A DNA stretch of 63,186 nt, the filler included, from Rhabdomonas costata (lineage: Eukaryota), in assembly GCA_019059605.1 (NCBI GenBank). It is 50 parts of 50 records of this genome, joined end to end, with 100 filler letters (N's around TTAATTAATTAA, not from the genome) between each part and the next. Parts side by side here need not be neighbours in the genome. Positions count along the whole stretch, not along the records: positions 62,022 to 63,186 come from JAHMHO010025437.1; 49 more parts are not named here. One strand, written 5' to 3'. Below, piece by piece: positions 62,022 through 63,186 of the stretch (its first letter is position 1; the number at the start of each line of letters is the position of its first letter). The translations under genes and the position numbers were made by a program. Under the pieces are notes generated by a model, which worked only from the letters and a program-made list of their open reading frames with translations, did no database searches and had not been told where the DNA came from.

Positions 62022-63065
62022 GTTTTGGGGGTCTGCATACAAAACGCGGGATGTCGTGGCCACTACTTGGAACGGATCACGTGGTAGGTAGGCCGTCGAG
62101 GTGTAAGTCCGCACGGAAACTTTTTGGAAAAGACGTTCTTGAATTCACCAATCATGCGCTGCATCTCCGGATGAACTAGTAATTTCTCTTGTTAATGTCC
62201 TCACGGTGGTTGCGAACTTCACGTTTTGGGCGTCAGTGCTGACCACTCTGGGTCAGCTGCACTGCTGATCCTGCTCTGGCTCCACTGGATGTTCCTCACA
62301 ATTTCTGCCTTCTAGTTGGCTTACAAGTCAAATTCCTGTAATTCTAAGTGTAGATCTGCAACCAACTACACCAGTGGTACAGGATTCCACCAAGTAATTG
62401 GGTGTGTGGGTGAGGTCCTAGAGAGAGAAGAGGCAAACGAAAAGGGTATAAAAAAGATGATAGCCGCTTGTTTTTTTGTTGCTTAGCTGTATTGCTGTGG
62501 TGCAATGTAGTGGTGGTGATGACAACATTGACAAGTTTGTCTGGCGTGTGTACGAGACATAAGTGCAGAATCTACAGAAAAGCTCGAGTAAGTTGCTTAT
62601 AGTCGACCTTAGCAAGATACGTTATTTACCAGTGGTGGAAAGTGGTGGCTGTGCAGGTGTCCCAGTCGGATACCACTCGAAAGTAATCTGGACGTCTATG
62701 ACAAAATACACAGTCCCCTGATCCGTCTTCCACACAAAATGGTGCCTTGAATAGCACTTCACTCACCTGGACATTAACAAATACATGTGCAAACAGATCA
62801 ATGTGGATCCATTCGGCACCACAACACGGTACTGTAGGTCGTGTGTAGGGGTCATTAATGACACACAGCTGAAGAACAAAAGTTTGTCTGATGTTGTTGT
62901 CGGAGGAACCGAGTCCAATAGTGCCATTGCTGTCTGTCCTTCAAGAATGTTCGGCACGCAAAGTAAAAAGTGATTTGCGCACAAGAATGTGTTCACATTG
63001 GCTGCCGCTTCTAAAAATAGAGATGAAATTACGTTATCCACAAGCGAGACAAGCACTGTCGCCAT
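62022..63065 (-). mobile_element. Degenerate Ty3/gypsy LTR-retrotransposon pol remnant (protease plus pre-RT linker)
   Basis: GQTAMALLDS /fs/ GSSDNNI (aspartic protease), VVVPNGSTLIC, and MIGEFKNVFSKKFPCGLTPRRPTYHVI (~EFxDVFPxxLPxGLPPxRxxDHxI); stops and frameshifts. Confidence 0.8.
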
Positions 63066-63186
63066 TTTTAACTGCGTCAGGTGTGTTTTTACTCGGAAGT
63101 GGTTGCTGCTCTCAGGTGGGTCACTTCTAGTCTTTGGTGTACCGCGTATGCTTCGGCAACGTGCTTGCTGTATGACAAACCCCCCC

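Overview
This window is not one locus. It is about 50 unrelated contigs of ~1.16 kb joined by an artificial 100-nt spacer (N44-TTAATTAATTAA-N44), so synteny across spacers means nothing. G/T-only contig starts, A/C-only ends and perfect terminal fold-backs point to whole-genome-amplified (probably single-cell) DNA. Most contigs come from an intron-rich eukaryote with GC-rich exons, GTGYG and apparent GC donors, and TTAGGG-type repeats; a euglenid/euglenozoan-like host is my inference. Recognisable host gene fragments: transketolase (PVC-bacterial-like type), aspartyl aminopeptidase, a spliced VP39-like cap 2'-O-methyltransferase, 5'-nucleotidase, a histidine-kinase ATPase domain, TM/HAMP receptors, hemerythrin, CAP, FHA, WD40, ankyrin, LRR, Kelch, F-box, and RING/RanBP2/CCCH zinc fingers. 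The most interesting material is viral or mobile: (i) a Polinton/Maverick-type integrase with a D-D35-D triad; (ii) an apparent host/Polinton junction (host TG microsatellite, AGTAGT terminus, subterminal hairpin, decayed viral-type zinc-finger gene); (iii) an intronless AT-rich Mimiviridae-type Nudix decapping gene followed by a terminal hairpin; (iv) a complete 232-bp MITE with 22-bp TIRs and an 8-bp TSD carrying telomeric repeats. Also present: Ty3/gypsy and probable hAT remnants, a self-overlapping (circular or tandem) contig, and exon-level duplications. All family calls come from motif recognition by eye, not database searches.
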